A stretch of 56,119 nt of DNA. Origin: a virus (Duplodnaviria; Heunggongvirae; Uroviricota; Caudoviricetes). Shown here piece by piece: positions 18,831 to 29,411 of the stretch. The DNA is taken from positions 64,001-120,119 of IMG/VR virus record IMGVR_UViG_3300036801_000212; one strand, given 5' to 3'. Under the pieces are notes generated by a model, which saw nothing but the letters and a program-made list of their open reading frames with translations, ran no database searches and had not been told where the DNA came from. Every line of letters starts with the position of its first letter. The stretch's first letter is position 1. Both the position numbers and the translations under genes were made by a program.

Positions 18831-21800
18831 GTGCCGAACTTTAACGTTAACTTCATCGGTGACTGTTCCCAGCTGACTAACACGATCGACACCGCCAAGT
18901 CCGCTATGCGGTCGCTGGACGGTACGCAGGCTCGGCTGGGAATTTCGGCGCCGGGTGCGCAGCAGGCTATCAACCAGGTTGGCGATTTGGGCGCTGCGGC
19001 TAGAGAGCTGGATGGCACCGGCGTCACCCTCGGAGTGAATGCTGGCCAAGTCACTGCCGCGGCGGGGAGGGTTCGTGCGCTCAGCAACGAGATCGACGGT
19101 CTATCGGGGAAGGTCTCCGCTGGTCTAGGCAGCCTCAATCTTGACGTGGATTCCAGTTCGGTCGGCAGGTTGGCCGGTGAGCTACGTGGAGTTAGCGCTC
19201 GGCTCGGCGACCTGTCGGGTGGTTCGGGTGTTCTCGGCCGGCTCGACCGGGATGCCAGCGAAGCGTCGAAGTCGGTCGGTGCGCTCAACGAGAGCGGCGC
19301 GAAGCTAAATGCGACGCTCGCTAACACCGGGGCTTCAGCGGCTGAATCGATGGACAAGATCGGTGCGTCGGCCGAGGGAAACATGGGCGCATTACGTGCC
19401 AGTGCCGATGAGGGGACGGGCGCGCTCGGCCGTTTCGGTGCCGCGCATGAAGCGGCCGCGGGTGCGGCGCAGCGTCAGTCAGCGTCGGTCGGGTTGTTGT
19501 CGCGCGACATGTCGGATTTCGAGCAGGAGTTTTCGGCCCGTGCCGGCAACGTTGGGAAATCGGCGCAGCGGATGAGCGAGAAGATCGCGGGTGCTCGGCG
19601 GGTGGCGACGTTCGGTGCCCCCCTCAGCGACGAGCAGCTGCTGAGTGGGACCGGCGTCCCCGGTACGGGTGGCGGCCCTCCGCGTAGGCCGCGGGGTCCG
19701 GGCGGCGGTGGTGGTGGTGGTGGTGGCGGCGGTGGCCATCATGCCAGGGTGCCGGGCGGCGGGGAGTCCGGTGGCGCCGGTGACGTGTTGGACACCGTTG
19801 GAGAGCTGGCCGCCCCGGCGATGATGGGCGCGATGGTCGGCGGTCTGGCGATGGCCGCGACTGCCGCAGTCGGCTTGGGTTCCGTCTACGAAACCATGAA
19901 GCAAATGCCGGTTGCGATGTCCGAAGCGACGATGGCACTCGGACAGTTCAACCACGGTCTGGAACAGACGGTCGGCATGGCGGACGTTTTCGGTAACGCC
20001 GGCGAAATTGAGATGAAGGCGGCTGACCAGCTAAAGGGATTAGGTTCGAAGCTGAACGACTTCGGGGCTGAGGTCGGTAACGTCGGCTTGCAGAACATGA
20101 ATGCCGCACTCAAGGACGCGAACGATTTCGTCTCACAACTCACCCCGGCGTTGGACAGACTTGAACCGGCCATCACCCCGGCTATGAATGGTTTGACCGC
20201 TCTCGGCGATGCCGTTGTGCAGGGTGTTTCCAGTCCGGGCGCGGTTCAAGCTATTACCGCTTTAGGTAACACCCTTTCCGACCCGAAGGTTGAGCAGGGT
20301 ATCGCCGGTCTGGTCTCGGGCGTTGTTACTTCCGGTGGCGTTCTCGGCACTGTCATGGCGAATGTGGCGGGTGCGATCGGTGGGAGTGTCAACGATAGCC
20401 CAGCGATGCAGTCGGCTTTAGACGGTGCCCTCTATGGGGCGATGACGGGCAAAGGAACCCTCGGCAAGCTGAGCAGCGCGGGTATCGGCGGAATCCTGAT
20501 GGGTGCCGGGGCGTATGACCAGAGTCAAGGCATCGACCCCACCGAGGGGTTCATTAGTGGTGGGTTGGGCGCGCTCGGTGGAGGCGCATTGGGAAGGTCT
20601 CTCGGCGCCCGGGCTGGGCTCGGCGAGGAGGGTGCGGCGAGGAGCGGCAAGCTCGGCGGGATAGCGGGTGCACTCGCTGGTGAGGGCGTTGCTTACGGCG
20701 CGCAGAAGCTCGATAAAGCGACCGGTACGGACACCTACGGCAACATGCTGCAGGGTGCTTGGGATGCCGCCGCGACTACGTTCGCGGTCACCAAAAGCCC
20801 GCTTGCCACCGGGGTGGCCGCCGCCGCTGGTGCCCTCGCCGGTCTGCCATCTAAGGACAAGAACGTTTTGGGTGCGATGGGTGATTTCGGCGTGGACGTC
20901 CTGCAGTCTCCGGGTAAGTGGGCTGAGCACCAGCCGACCAATCTCGATAAGTCCGGGAAAGATTTGCAGCAGGCACTGGCGAACGCGACACCTCCGTCGG
21001 GTCCTCTCGGCGGGATGTTCGGCCCACAATCCGGTACGCCCGGCGGTAGCGGTCCTGGTGGCGCGCAACTGCCGATCCCGGGCATGGACAAAACCCTACT
21101 GTCGCCAGGCACCGGTGCGGCGAGCAATACCCAGATCACACCTAAGGGAATTTATTCAGGTTCGCGGGATGCCAATGGCAACTTGACATACAAGAACACC
21201 GGCACGGACGGTAGCAGCGGCGCCTACACCTCGACCCCGGGTGGTCCGAGCCAGTACGACTACACGGGTCCGACCGCGAGTGGTGGATGGCAGCATCAGA
21301 TCGTCACGGAAACCCCTGACGCGCACCAGTTCATTCAGACTGAGGGTACCGACCAGTTCGGCAATGCTTTGCCGTCGAGTAATGTTTCCGCGACACCGGG
21401 TGACCCGGGCTATTTCGGTGGCGGTGCTGGTCCGGGCCAATCGGTGGGTTCGATTTCTCCGAAGCACCTAGCGCAGCTGTACGGCGCCTCCGATCCGTCA
21501 GGTAGGTCAGGGGCGGCTTTTCCAGCATTCCCGGGTGTTAACGACCACCAGCTTCCACCCGCAAATGAACTGGGGCGAATAGCGGCACGCCGGGCAGCGG
21601 CACAACACGCTGGCGCGGCACCTCAGGGCGCCCCGACGGCGAAAGACGGGGGCGCTCATGCGGTGCACGCCGGTTTCGGGATGGGCGCACATGAGGTACC
21701 GGCTGACGTGCTGCAAAAGCTGAACGAGGGTCTCGCCACAGCGAACAAGCAGGGAGGGCTGAGCCAGCAGGGCGGCGCCGTGCAGTCGGGGCCTATGGTG

Positions 21801-23549
21801 CAGAGCGGCACCGCGGGGAGGGAGCTGCAGGCCCAGGGTGGTACCCCGGTCGACAAGTCGGCGGGTGGCGGCCATGGAGGCGCCCCCGCCCCCCATGCAC
21901 CGGGGCAGGCTGGGGGGCAAGGGCCGGGGCAGGTGGCGACAGGTCTTATGTCCGCACCTCCACCGATCATGCTTCCCGCCACTGCCGGGATAGCGCAGGC
22001 ACGCCAAGCGGCGGCGTTCGCGGCGTCGAAGTATGGCGCCCCGGCCCCTGATACCACGCCGTCACTTGAAACTCATGCCTTCGACACCAGCATCGCCTAC
22101 CACGGCATGGCGGACGCCAAAACAGGTGTGCATACTTTCGACACGAAAACGGGAATCGAGTACACCGACCCTCATCTCGGGCCGCCCAGGCCGCTGTCCT
22201 GGCACGAGTTGAACGATCCGATTGGGCCGAAAGCGACTTCGGTGTCCCCGGCCGCGGGGCCGGGTGTGGCGAGTTCGGGGGATTTCGGTATGAAAGGTTT
22301 CGCGTCGCTGCAGTCCGCTGTTGCCGCCGCGCAAGCCCACCCGACCCCGACAGGGCCTCCGGGGCTAGCCCAAGTCAGTCCGGGTCTGCAGTCGGGGTTG
22401 GGCCAAAAATCGGGCCTGGCGGGCATCGGGCTCGGAACTATGGGCCATCCGGGTTCCGCGCTGGGCAATCTAGGGCCGACGATGGGCAGGATCACCCAGG
22501 CCATGACCGCCTATACGAGCGCCGCGAAAACGGCGACAAGTACAAACCAGTCGTTGGCGCCGTCGCTTCACAGTGTCAACCAAAACGCGCAGAGCCAACA
22601 ACAGAGCCAGCACCAGCAGACACCACAACAGGTGGTGCAGTCGCACAACGCGTTGGCACAGTCGGCAGCGTCGGTCGCTACCGGCGCTGCCGCCGCATCG
22701 ACTGGGATGGCGGGGCTGGGGAGCAGCTTGCAAAACGCGATGCATTCCGCCCTCGGGTTACAGAAGTCCGCCCCCCACGCGATTGCGTCTACTGCCCATG
22801 CGGCCGCCGGTGCGTCCGCCGCGATGACTGGTTTGTCGGGTGTGGCGGCGGCGGCGGGTGCCAGTGCGTCCTCCGCAATGGCCGGGGGCATTGCGTCCGG
22901 GGCCGGGCACGCTTCCGCGGCCGGAGCCGGAACGGCCAGCGCGGCGGGGCACGGCGCGGCCGGCGCGGCGGGTACACATTCCCCGTCCACGGTGTTCATG
23001 CAGATCGGCATGTGGATGGGGGAAGGTCTCGAAATCGGCTTGCGGGATAGCACCCCGCAAGCCGCCGCCGCGGCCGGGGCAATGGCTCAAACCGCGGTCG
23101 CCGCGGCTACCAACAGCGCCGCTCAAACCACCCTCAACAGCACACTCGCTGGTGGATTCGGTGCCGGTCTGATCTCTGCATCCAACGGTGTCACCCCCAT
23201 CGCTCAAGATTACGGGCTAATGTTGGGTTATTCGTGGGCCGAGAATGTGGTAACCGGGGCGCAGAATGTGTTGCAGTCGAGTCAGTTCCAGGCGTTGACG
23301 GTGCCGAAGTTCGAATCGGCACTAGCGCAAGCGACAGAGGGTGCGTTGGGATTGCTACCTCCGGCCGGTAGTGGCGCTGAGTACTACACCACCACTTCTG
23401 GTTCGGCTGGGATGGTGTCGATGACACCGACGGTGAATGCCACGATCATGGTGAGCGTGGACGGCACACCTTTGCAGGTGATTGCACAGCAAGTGGTGAA
23501 TGCGTCGATGATCAGCTTGGCTTCGTCGATCGACAACCAACGCGGGTAA
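18831..23549 (+). CDS. tape measure protein
   Basis: 1572 aa, Ala/Gly-rich, follows the chaperones; C-terminal THSPSTVF..IG...EGL motif. Confidence 0.9.
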   Translation: MPNFNVNFIGDCSQLTNTIDTAKSAMRSLDGTQARLGISAPGAQQAINQVGDLGAAARELDGTGVTLGVNAGQVTAAAGRVRALSNEIDGLSGKVSAGLGSLNLDVDSSSVGRLAGELRGVSARLGDLSGGSGVLGRLDRDASEASKSVGALNESGAKLNATLANTGASAAESMDKIGASAEGNMGALRASADEGTGALGRFGAAHEAAAGAAQRQSASVGLLSRDMSDFEQEFSARAGNVGKSAQRMSEKIAGARRVATFGAPLSDEQLLSGTGVPGTGGGPPRRPRGPGGGGGGGGGGGGHHARVPGGGESGGAGDVLDTVGELAAPAMMGAMVGGLAMAATAAVGLGSVYETMKQMPVAMSEATMALGQFNHGLEQTVGMADVFGNAGEIEMKAADQLKGLGSKLNDFGAEVGNVGLQNMNAALKDANDFVSQLTPALDRLEPAITPAMNGLTALGDAVVQGVSSPGAVQAITALGNTLSDPKVEQGIAGLVSGVVTSGGVLGTVMANVAGAIGGSVNDSPAMQSALDGALYGAMTGKGTLGKLSSAGIGGILMGAGAYDQSQGIDPTEGFISGGLGALGGGALGRSLGARAGLGEEGAARSGKLGGIAGALAGEGVAYGAQKLDKATGTDTYGNMLQGAWDAAATTFAVTKSPLATGVAAAAGALAGLPSKDKNVLGAMGDFGVDVLQSPGKWAEHQPTNLDKSGKDLQQALANATPPSGPLGGMFGPQSGTPGGSGPGGAQLPIPGMDKTLLSPGTGAASNTQITPKGIYSGSRDANGNLTYKNTGTDGSSGAYTSTPGGPSQYDYTGPTASGGWQHQIVTETPDAHQFIQTEGTDQFGNALPSSNVSATPGDPGYFGGGAGPGQSVGSISPKHLAQLYGASDPSGRSGAAFPAFPGVNDHQLPPANELGRIAARRAAAQHAGAAPQGAPTAKDGGAHAVHAGFGMGAHEVPADVLQKLNEGLATANKQGGLSQQGGAVQSGPMVQSGTAGRELQAQGGTPVDKSAGGGHGGAPAPHAPGQAGGQGPGQVATGLMSAPPPIMLPATAGIAQARQAAAFAASKYGAPAPDTTPSLETHAFDTSIAYHGMADAKTGVHTFDTKTGIEYTDPHLGPPRPLSWHELNDPIGPKATSVSPAAGPGVASSGDFGMKGFASLQSAVAAAQAHPTPTGPPGLAQVSPGLQSGLGQKSGLAGIGLGTMGHPGSALGNLGPTMGRITQAMTAYTSAAKTATSTNQSLAPSLHSVNQNAQSQQQSQHQQTPQQVVQSHNALAQSAASVATGAAAASTGMAGLGSSLQNAMHSALGLQKSAPHAIASTAHAAAGASAAMTGLSGVAAAAGASASSAMAGGIASGAGHASAAGAGTASAAGHGAAGAAGTHSPSTVFMQIGMWMGEGLEIGLRDSTPQAAAAAGAMAQTAVAAATNSAAQTTLNSTLAGGFGAGLISASNGVTPIAQDYGLMLGYSWAENVVTGAQNVLQSSQFQALTVPKFESALAQATEGALGLLPPAGSGAEYYTTTSGSAGMVSMTPTVNATIMVSVDGTPLQVIAQQVVNASMISLASSIDNQRG

Positions 23550-23550
23550 T

Positions 23551-23580
23551 AGATAGCCGTCTCGAAAGGGGCGGCTATCT
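23551..23580 (+). terminator. hairpin terminator after tape measure gene
   Basis: AGATAGCCGTCTC-GAAA-GGGGCGGCTATCT followed by a pyrimidine run. Confidence 0.65.
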
Positions 23581-23608
23581 CTCTTCTTCTTCTTAAATAG
23601 GTGGTCTT

Positions 23609-25270
23609 GTGACGTCTCCGTTGACCATTGTCACCTATCAACCGACTTCGAGTCCGCAATTGGGTTCGTGGTCGGTTGTTGGCGCCGCGACAGGGTGGCA
23701 GGCTGTTTCCAGCGGCGGCAACACAGAATATGTAGAACTCGCTTCGGGGATTTGTAGACTTGCATCTCAAGTCATCCAGTTCGGTTTCCAAACACCTTCA
23801 CTCCCATCTGGGGCGCAAATCTATTCGGTAGGTATCGAACGCACGGTACAGGCAGCGCCTACTGGTTCCCAGGTCACCTGCTTCCATTGGTTTGAATGTT
23901 TGAGCGGGACAGTCATTGTCTCCGGCCAATCCCCTAAACCGGCGACGACGTTCTTTTCGTCCCCGCTTCCCACTAATACAGTGGCGAATCAGTGGATCAC
24001 CGAGACTGTCTATACGTCTACTACAGCACCGGATGGGACCGCGTGGAATCCGGCGACGAATCTGTTGTCGGGGAACTTCGCCTACGAGATGGGCCGAGGT
24101 GATCTATCCAGTGTTCCGATTCTGGTTTCTAATGTTTCTCTGGTAATCACATATCAGTCCGAGTCGGGCGTAGCTGTGACCGGTCCGACTGGGACGGTAT
24201 CGACAACTCAGCCGACGATCACATGGACATATTCTAACGCGAATTCCCAGCCACAGCAGGGATATCAGGTCGCGGTTTATACCTACGCGCAGACCACGGC
24301 GCTGGGCTTCGTTCCATTCGAGACGACACCTATCGATGGGACCAATGGTTTCATATTAGGTGAAGACCAGCAGTGGACGATGAACATCGACATCGCTAAC
24401 GGCCAGTACGCCGCCTACGTCCAGGCGGAGTCCCAGTGGGCCGGTCCGGGAAGTTTCTTGTCGGCTATCGGATCGACCACGTGGACTCGTTCAGCATCCT
24501 CGCCACCTTCGGATGCGGTGTTCTCTTCGGCAACGTTCGATGCGGAAAACAATAGGGTGGCATTGACGTTTTCTCCGGGTAGTTCTTCCCCGGCCACGTT
24601 GGCGTTCACAGTTTATGCCAGCCGTGACGGCGGGCAATCCTATCTTCCTATTCCAAGCTTGTCTTACGTCCCGGCGCAAGGTATGAGTGCGATCACCAAG
24701 TATGACTACGTCGCGCCGCTGAACACGCTCTCGGAGTATTTCGTGCTGGCATACGGCGGGTCACCGTTCGAGGCGGCAGCTGGAGCTTCGGGAGTTCTGT
24801 CGGTTACCCCGACAGGTGATCAACCGTGGCTGAAGGACCCGTTGAATCCGATTCTGAATACGATTCTGCCGATCGCCGCTCCGAAACAGAGCGAAGACGG
24901 AATCAAGATCACGAAGAGAAGGATGCAGGGGACCTTTCAACTGCTGGGTGGTCAAGGCTCCCAAGTTCTGCCTTTTATTGTCTCCGGGCCGACCTATGGG
25001 GATGAGTACGAGTTTGAGCTCATATTCATTCAGGGTGATCCGAACTATCCAATGACGCTGTGGGCGCCGGTGGATGAACTCGATCGCTCCGGAAATACTT
25101 TGTTGCTGCAACTGCCGGACGGCACACAGCTTTGGGTGGTCACCGGTCCGGGTGCGACAAGTCAAGACACCACGGAAAAGTACAACGCGGTCCCCGGAGC
25201 TCCATCTGTCACAGCGTGGCGACGTCGCAAACTCACGATGACACAAGTGGATCAGCCACCGTGGTTTTAG
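23609..25270 (+). CDS. minor tail protein (distal-tail-like, Ig/FN3-like domains)
   Basis: First gene after tape measure; beta-rich; WLKDPLNP motif. Confidence 0.7.
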   Translation: MTSPLTIVTYQPTSSPQLGSWSVVGAATGWQAVSSGGNTEYVELASGICRLASQVIQFGFQTPSLPSGAQIYSVGIERTVQAAPTGSQVTCFHWFECLSGTVIVSGQSPKPATTFFSSPLPTNTVANQWITETVYTSTTAPDGTAWNPATNLLSGNFAYEMGRGDLSSVPILVSNVSLVITYQSESGVAVTGPTGTVSTTQPTITWTYSNANSQPQQGYQVAVYTYAQTTALGFVPFETTPIDGTNGFILGEDQQWTMNIDIANGQYAAYVQAESQWAGPGSFLSAIGSTTWTRSASSPPSDAVFSSATFDAENNRVALTFSPGSSSPATLAFTVYASRDGGQSYLPIPSLSYVPAQGMSAITKYDYVAPLNTLSEYFVLAYGGSPFEAAAGASGVLSVTPTGDQPWLKDPLNPILNTILPIAAPKQSEDGIKITKRRMQGTFQLLGGQGSQVLPFIVSGPTYGDEYEFELIFIQGDPNYPMTLWAPVDELDRSGNTLLLQLPDGTQLWVVTGPGATSQDTTEKYNAVPGAPSVTAWRRRKLTMTQVDQPPWF

Positions 25271-25288
25271 TCCCTTTGGGGGGTGCTA

Positions 25289-25675
25289 ATGCAGGGATTC
25301 TCTGACGCTTTCGCTGAAACCGTCCAAAACCCCCACACCGCCGTTGTATTGGTGCAGGCAATCCAGAACGGAAAAGTGGTCGCCACGCTCGAGGTGGTCG
25401 CCGGGTCGATAAACGCCGACCGGACCGCGGCGCAACTGCGAACAATGCAATTCGAAATCATCGACCGCGATGGCACTCTCACCCCCACTGGGATGTCTTC
25501 TCTCCTGGCGCCTTTCGGGACACGGGTCCAACTGTATCGGGGGGTTCGAATCAAAAACGTGGAGACATTGAGCGCGGTCTATGACGCGGCGAATCCGTGG
25601 ACGCCACAAACCTCGGTTGGGGATATGAACGGCGTGAAGATCGACAGCGATGGCGCCCTCGCGCTCGGACCGTAG
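25289..25675 (+). CDS. baseplate hub-like protein, N-terminal part
   Basis: GSINADRTAAQLRT...LLAPFGTRVQLYRGV resembles the N-terminus of actinophage hub (DUF5047-like) proteins; ends after ~128 aa. Confidence 0.6.
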   Translation: MQGFSDAFAETVQNPHTAVVLVQAIQNGKVVATLEVVAGSINADRTAAQLRTMQFEIIDRDGTLTPTGMSSLLAPFGTRVQLYRGVRIKNVETLSAVYDAANPWTPQTSVGDMNGVKIDSDGALALGP

Positions 25676-25690
25676 TTTTGGAGTTGATGA

Positions 25691-26215
25691 ATGACCGCAT
25701 ACGTGGTGAGCGCCTCGGTAAGCAATACCGGAACTTCGTTCGTCTCATTATTTGTCAGTCCAGCCTCGTTTGAGATACGCGTTGCTCAGGTTCAATACGC
25801 CTATCAGGCTAACGCATATAACGAAGTTCTCATGACGGCCACCGCGGGGTACTACAGCTCGGGGATGTCTGGGGGCTCTACGGCGACGATCGGCCCTATG
25901 CGTGTGGGTTCTCTTGCCGCGACCGCGACCGCAAAATCGGGCGCTACGGGCTCGGGCACCTTCTTCACAATGGGTGAGTATCTGACCGGACAGTACGTGA
26001 ACAACTCGATCGGCCCAGACAATACGATTATCCAAGGCGTAATTGTCGAGGGCGGCTCGTACACGTTTTCGCCACCGTTTGATCTGATTCTCTCTCCTGG
26101 GACTGCTTTCGCCACGACCCTCAGGGCTGACGCTGCCACTGGCGGCGATGATGCTGGCGGGACGCTCGTTATCGTCATTTATTTCGAAGAGCTGCGGCTT
26201 TCTTGGCCTTACTAG
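25691..26215 (+). CDS. minor tail protein
   Basis: Ser/Thr/Gly-rich beta protein in the tail module. Confidence 0.55.
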   Translation: MTAYVVSASVSNTGTSFVSLFVSPASFEIRVAQVQYAYQANAYNEVLMTATAGYYSSGMSGGSTATIGPMRVGSLAATATAKSGATGSGTFFTMGEYLTGQYVNNSIGPDNTIIQGVIVEGGSYTFSPPFDLILSPGTAFATTLRADAATGGDDAGGTLVIVIYFEELRLSWPY

Positions 26216-26230
26216 CCATTCACTAAGGAG

Positions 26231-26680
26231 TTGCTAGTGGCTAACTTATTCTCTGAATACGCCTACGGCCGTTGGATCGACAAATACAGTCTGCCGCTTG
26301 GTGGCGACAACATCCTTATTGTTCTCGTCCAGTCGACCAGTCTGCCATCTGACGGCGCATTCGCTGGCTATCAGTATCTCTCCCAGGTGTGGTCCGGCGG
26401 TGGCATTGAGGCGACGTTTACTAACTACTCAAGACTCTCGATTACCACCGGTATCACGACCACGGTTGGCGCGACCACCACGGTGAGTATTCCGAGTCAA
26501 GTGTGGAATTCAGCGGGTGGTGCTACGAACAACTCGTTAGGCGCGTTGCTCACTTGCTATAAGCCCACCTCGATCAGCGCTGATTCTGCTATCCAGTTGA
26601 TGACGAAGCACGATTTCGTGGCCACCACAACGGGCGGCAATTTGACTGCGGTGATCACCAACATTGGTTCGGTGACGTAA
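26231..26680 (+). CDS. minor tail protein
   Basis: EATFTNYSR...AGGATNN...LMTKHDF...TTGGNLT motif familiar from actinophage tail genes. Confidence 0.65.
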   Translation: MLVANLFSEYAYGRWIDKYSLPLGGDNILIVLVQSTSLPSDGAFAGYQYLSQVWSGGGIEATFTNYSRLSITTGITTTVGATTTVSIPSQVWNSAGGATNNSLGALLTCYKPTSISADSAIQLMTKHDFVATTTGGNLTAVITNIGSVT

Positions 26681-27466
26681 GTGCCGGCGACATTGCAGTT
26701 TTTCGACATGTCTGTGTCGGTGACCCCGCCAACCGGCCATCAAGAACCACTGCCGATCACGCTCGGTCCGAACTGGCAGCCGAACGACTATAGGTTGCTG
26801 TTCCTTTCTGGGTCCGGGGCCGAACAGCAATCCCCCAGCGTGACCGCGACCGAGATGAAGATGAACACCGACCCACCCGCCACATTCACCAAAGCCTACG
26901 CATTGAACGTGGGGAAAGAAACCCATGGTGTCTACTACCGGCAGTTGGTGTCTGGCGATGTGGATCAGTTTGTGACGTGGGCGAAGCCGTCGAACTGGCG
27001 CCACTACATGGTGGGTTTCCTTACCGTCCGCGGGGTGAGTCCGGGGAGCACTATCACGGCCGGGTCACTGTCGGGGTGGCGCGGCGGCGCTAATGGCATC
27101 CAGTACACCATCGCCGACACAACAGACTCCGCAACGGTGACCTCGGTGACGGTTCCCGGTGCCGGCACAATGATTTTCGCTGTGGGGAACGTCGCGGCTC
27201 CCACCCAAATCAACTGGCCTAACTGGCCGGTAGCGATGGGCGTGCCGACCGGCTGGACGGCATTAGTCGCAACACCGAATAGTGGTGACACGTTTTTCGA
27301 GTACGACACGAATCCGTGTTTCAACATCGTCGCAAGTTCTTACGGCTCGTCCGGGTCGACCGGGTCTGTGGTGTTCCCTGCCGGTCAAGGCGCGCCGGCG
27401 TTTGCCGGGCTTTATGCGTTTATAACTCCGGCACCTGACGTGTCGGTGACGGTAGGGGCGGCATAG
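26681..27466 (+). CDS. minor tail protein
   Basis: Beta-rich; abuts its neighbours. Confidence 0.6.
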   Translation: MPATLQFFDMSVSVTPPTGHQEPLPITLGPNWQPNDYRLLFLSGSGAEQQSPSVTATEMKMNTDPPATFTKAYALNVGKETHGVYYRQLVSGDVDQFVTWAKPSNWRHYMVGFLTVRGVSPGSTITAGSLSGWRGGANGIQYTIADTTDSATVTSVTVPGAGTMIFAVGNVAAPTQINWPNWPVAMGVPTGWTALVATPNSGDTFFEYDTNPCFNIVASSYGSSGSTGSVVFPAGQGAPAFAGLYAFITPAPDVSVTVGAA

Positions 27467-29089
27467 ATGGCTGAAGTCGACACCGCATCAGTAATCACCC
27501 CCAGTATCTCCACGGCTGTCACCTACGTCATCGGTACAGCGTTTGAAGCCAATACCGCTGGACAGGTTTTCAATCCTCTAATCGGATACTGGATTTCTGA
27601 TCCCTTGGTGCTACCGGGTAACGCGGTAACAGGTTCGGTGGTTCGCTGGGTTGCGAATACTCCGATAGGTACATCGGTTACTGTTCAAACAAGTATCAAT
27701 AACGGCGCAAGTTGGAATTTGGTCACCAATGACCAGGCCGTGCCAAGATTGTTGAATGGTGACACCACCACCCAATCGGTGTTGGCGAAGATAACTTTCA
27801 CCCGAGCGGTGGCTCCGTCGTTTTTCCCGAGTCCATCGATTTATCCGAGTCCATCACTCTATCCGAGTGGCGGTGGACCTTCGGTGAGCTATTTCGAGTT
27901 GGATGTCTCAGTCGATGCTTCCGTGGATGAATTAGTGCCTATCGGTTTGGGCATGATCGATAGTGTCACTACGCACGCTATCAGCGGAACTACGGGTGGT
28001 GGTTCGACCACGAATGCTTCTTCGACTACCGCGGTGATCAGCCAGGGTGGTGGTCAAACCGGTGGCGGCACTGTTATTAAGGTGCACGCCAACGATTTGA
28101 GTTACGCCATCAAAAGAAATGTGTGGCAGCAGCCGTTCACTGTTCCCGGCGGGCAGTTGTATACGAACGCCATTCAAGCGATGGTGCAAAACCGTCTCCC
28201 GTCGCAGATCGCGTTTAATCTGTCGACTACCACTGAAGTAACCCCACTCTTGGTGTACGGCGCCTCTCAGGGTGGCGATCCGTGGCAGGACATTATGGAA
28301 CTGGCCGCGGCGATCGGTTTTGAGGTTTTCTTCGACGCCACCGGAATATGTGTAGTTAGACCTATCCCAGACCCGTCCACGGGTGATCCGGTGTGGGCTT
28401 TCGACGAAAACATTGTCCAGCTTGTCGCCGAGGCGGAATTCGATTTATCTTCTGAGCAGACGTTCAACGACATTGTTGTCATCGGACAGTCAACTTCTTC
28501 AGAGAACCCTTTCTCGGCGGAAGCCTTTGACAACGACCCAAACTCCCCCACTTATATTCTTGGCAATTACGGGAGAGTCACGCAAAGGGTTAACTCGTCG
28601 CTGATTGGTTCCCAATATCAAGCGCAGGCCATGGCCTATTCGGCTTTGTACGCTTCGCTCGGAGCGGCGAACACTGTCACTTTGACCGTTGTTCCAATGG
28701 CAGCTTTGGAACCCGGGGATCTGATCTTGATTGTGTGTTCGGACGTGAAAGCGAACGGCATCTACATGATCAACTCAATGGTTACCCCATTGTCCCCGGC
28801 GTATCCGATGACGTTGACCTGCTTCCGCCAATCCACCAGCGGAACATTGGGTCTGGCCGGAGCCTTCGGATTCACCGACGGGATCACAATCAACGGCTCG
28901 AATGTGATCACATCCAATTCGGCGGACTTCACCTCAGGTGATGTTGGTGCTTCTGTCTACGGCAATGGAATTCCCGTCAACGCCACCATTTCTTCGGTGA
29001 CCAATTCCACCACCGCGGTGATGTCGGCGAATGCCACTGCCTCCGCTACTGACGTTTACATCGTCGTCAGCGTCGGGTCCGGAACTTAA
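27467..29089 (+). CDS. baseplate hub-like protein, main / C-terminal part
   Basis: ELVPIG, GDPWQDIMELAAAIG, FNDIVVIG and LEPGDLI motifs of hub-like tail proteins. Confidence 0.7.
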   Translation: MAEVDTASVITPSISTAVTYVIGTAFEANTAGQVFNPLIGYWISDPLVLPGNAVTGSVVRWVANTPIGTSVTVQTSINNGASWNLVTNDQAVPRLLNGDTTTQSVLAKITFTRAVAPSFFPSPSIYPSPSLYPSGGGPSVSYFELDVSVDASVDELVPIGLGMIDSVTTHAISGTTGGGSTTNASSTTAVISQGGGQTGGGTVIKVHANDLSYAIKRNVWQQPFTVPGGQLYTNAIQAMVQNRLPSQIAFNLSTTTEVTPLLVYGASQGGDPWQDIMELAAAIGFEVFFDATGICVVRPIPDPSTGDPVWAFDENIVQLVAEAEFDLSSEQTFNDIVVIGQSTSSENPFSAEAFDNDPNSPTYILGNYGRVTQRVNSSLIGSQYQAQAMAYSALYASLGAANTVTLTVVPMAALEPGDLILIVCSDVKANGIYMINSMVTPLSPAYPMTLTCFRQSTSGTLGLAGAFGFTDGITINGSNVITSNSADFTSGDVGASVYGNGIPVNATISSVTNSTTAVMSANATASATDVYIVVSVGSGT

Positions 29090-29099
29090 GAGAGGTCCC

Positions 29100-29411
29100 A
29101 TGGCAACCGGTTCTCCCATCGATCGGGCCGCCCGAGCTATCAAAAAAGCGGGCAGCACCAGCCCCGCTTGGGTGCAACGTACCCAACAAATGAGCATGCA
29201 TCAAGGAACCTTAACTCGGGTCGACACCTACAACGGTGTGGCCGACTTTCAGTTCCCTGATCAACTCATCATTCCTTCGGTGAACTACATCCGTCCCTAC
29301 ACCGACACCAACCTTCCCCAAGTGGGACATGTTGTGTGGGGTATCAACAACGGCACCGATTTCATGATTTGGGGCCAACACCAGGTTCTCAATGGGCTGG
29401 TGAGCATGTGA
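29100..29411 (+). CDS. small tail protein
   Basis: GAGAGG RBS; PQVGHVVW motif typical of genes after the hub. Confidence 0.6.
   Translation: MATGSPIDRAARAIKKAGSTSPAWVQRTQQMSMHQGTLTRVDTYNGVADFQFPDQLIIPSVNYIRPYTDTNLPQVGHVVWGINNGTDFMIWGQHQVLNGLVSM

Noticed and set aside
18650-23207. Long antisense and off-frame ORFs over the tape measure gene (similarly over 34823-36628 and 45517-48135)
   Set aside because: They are shadow ORFs caused by GC-rich codon bias and have no motifs.
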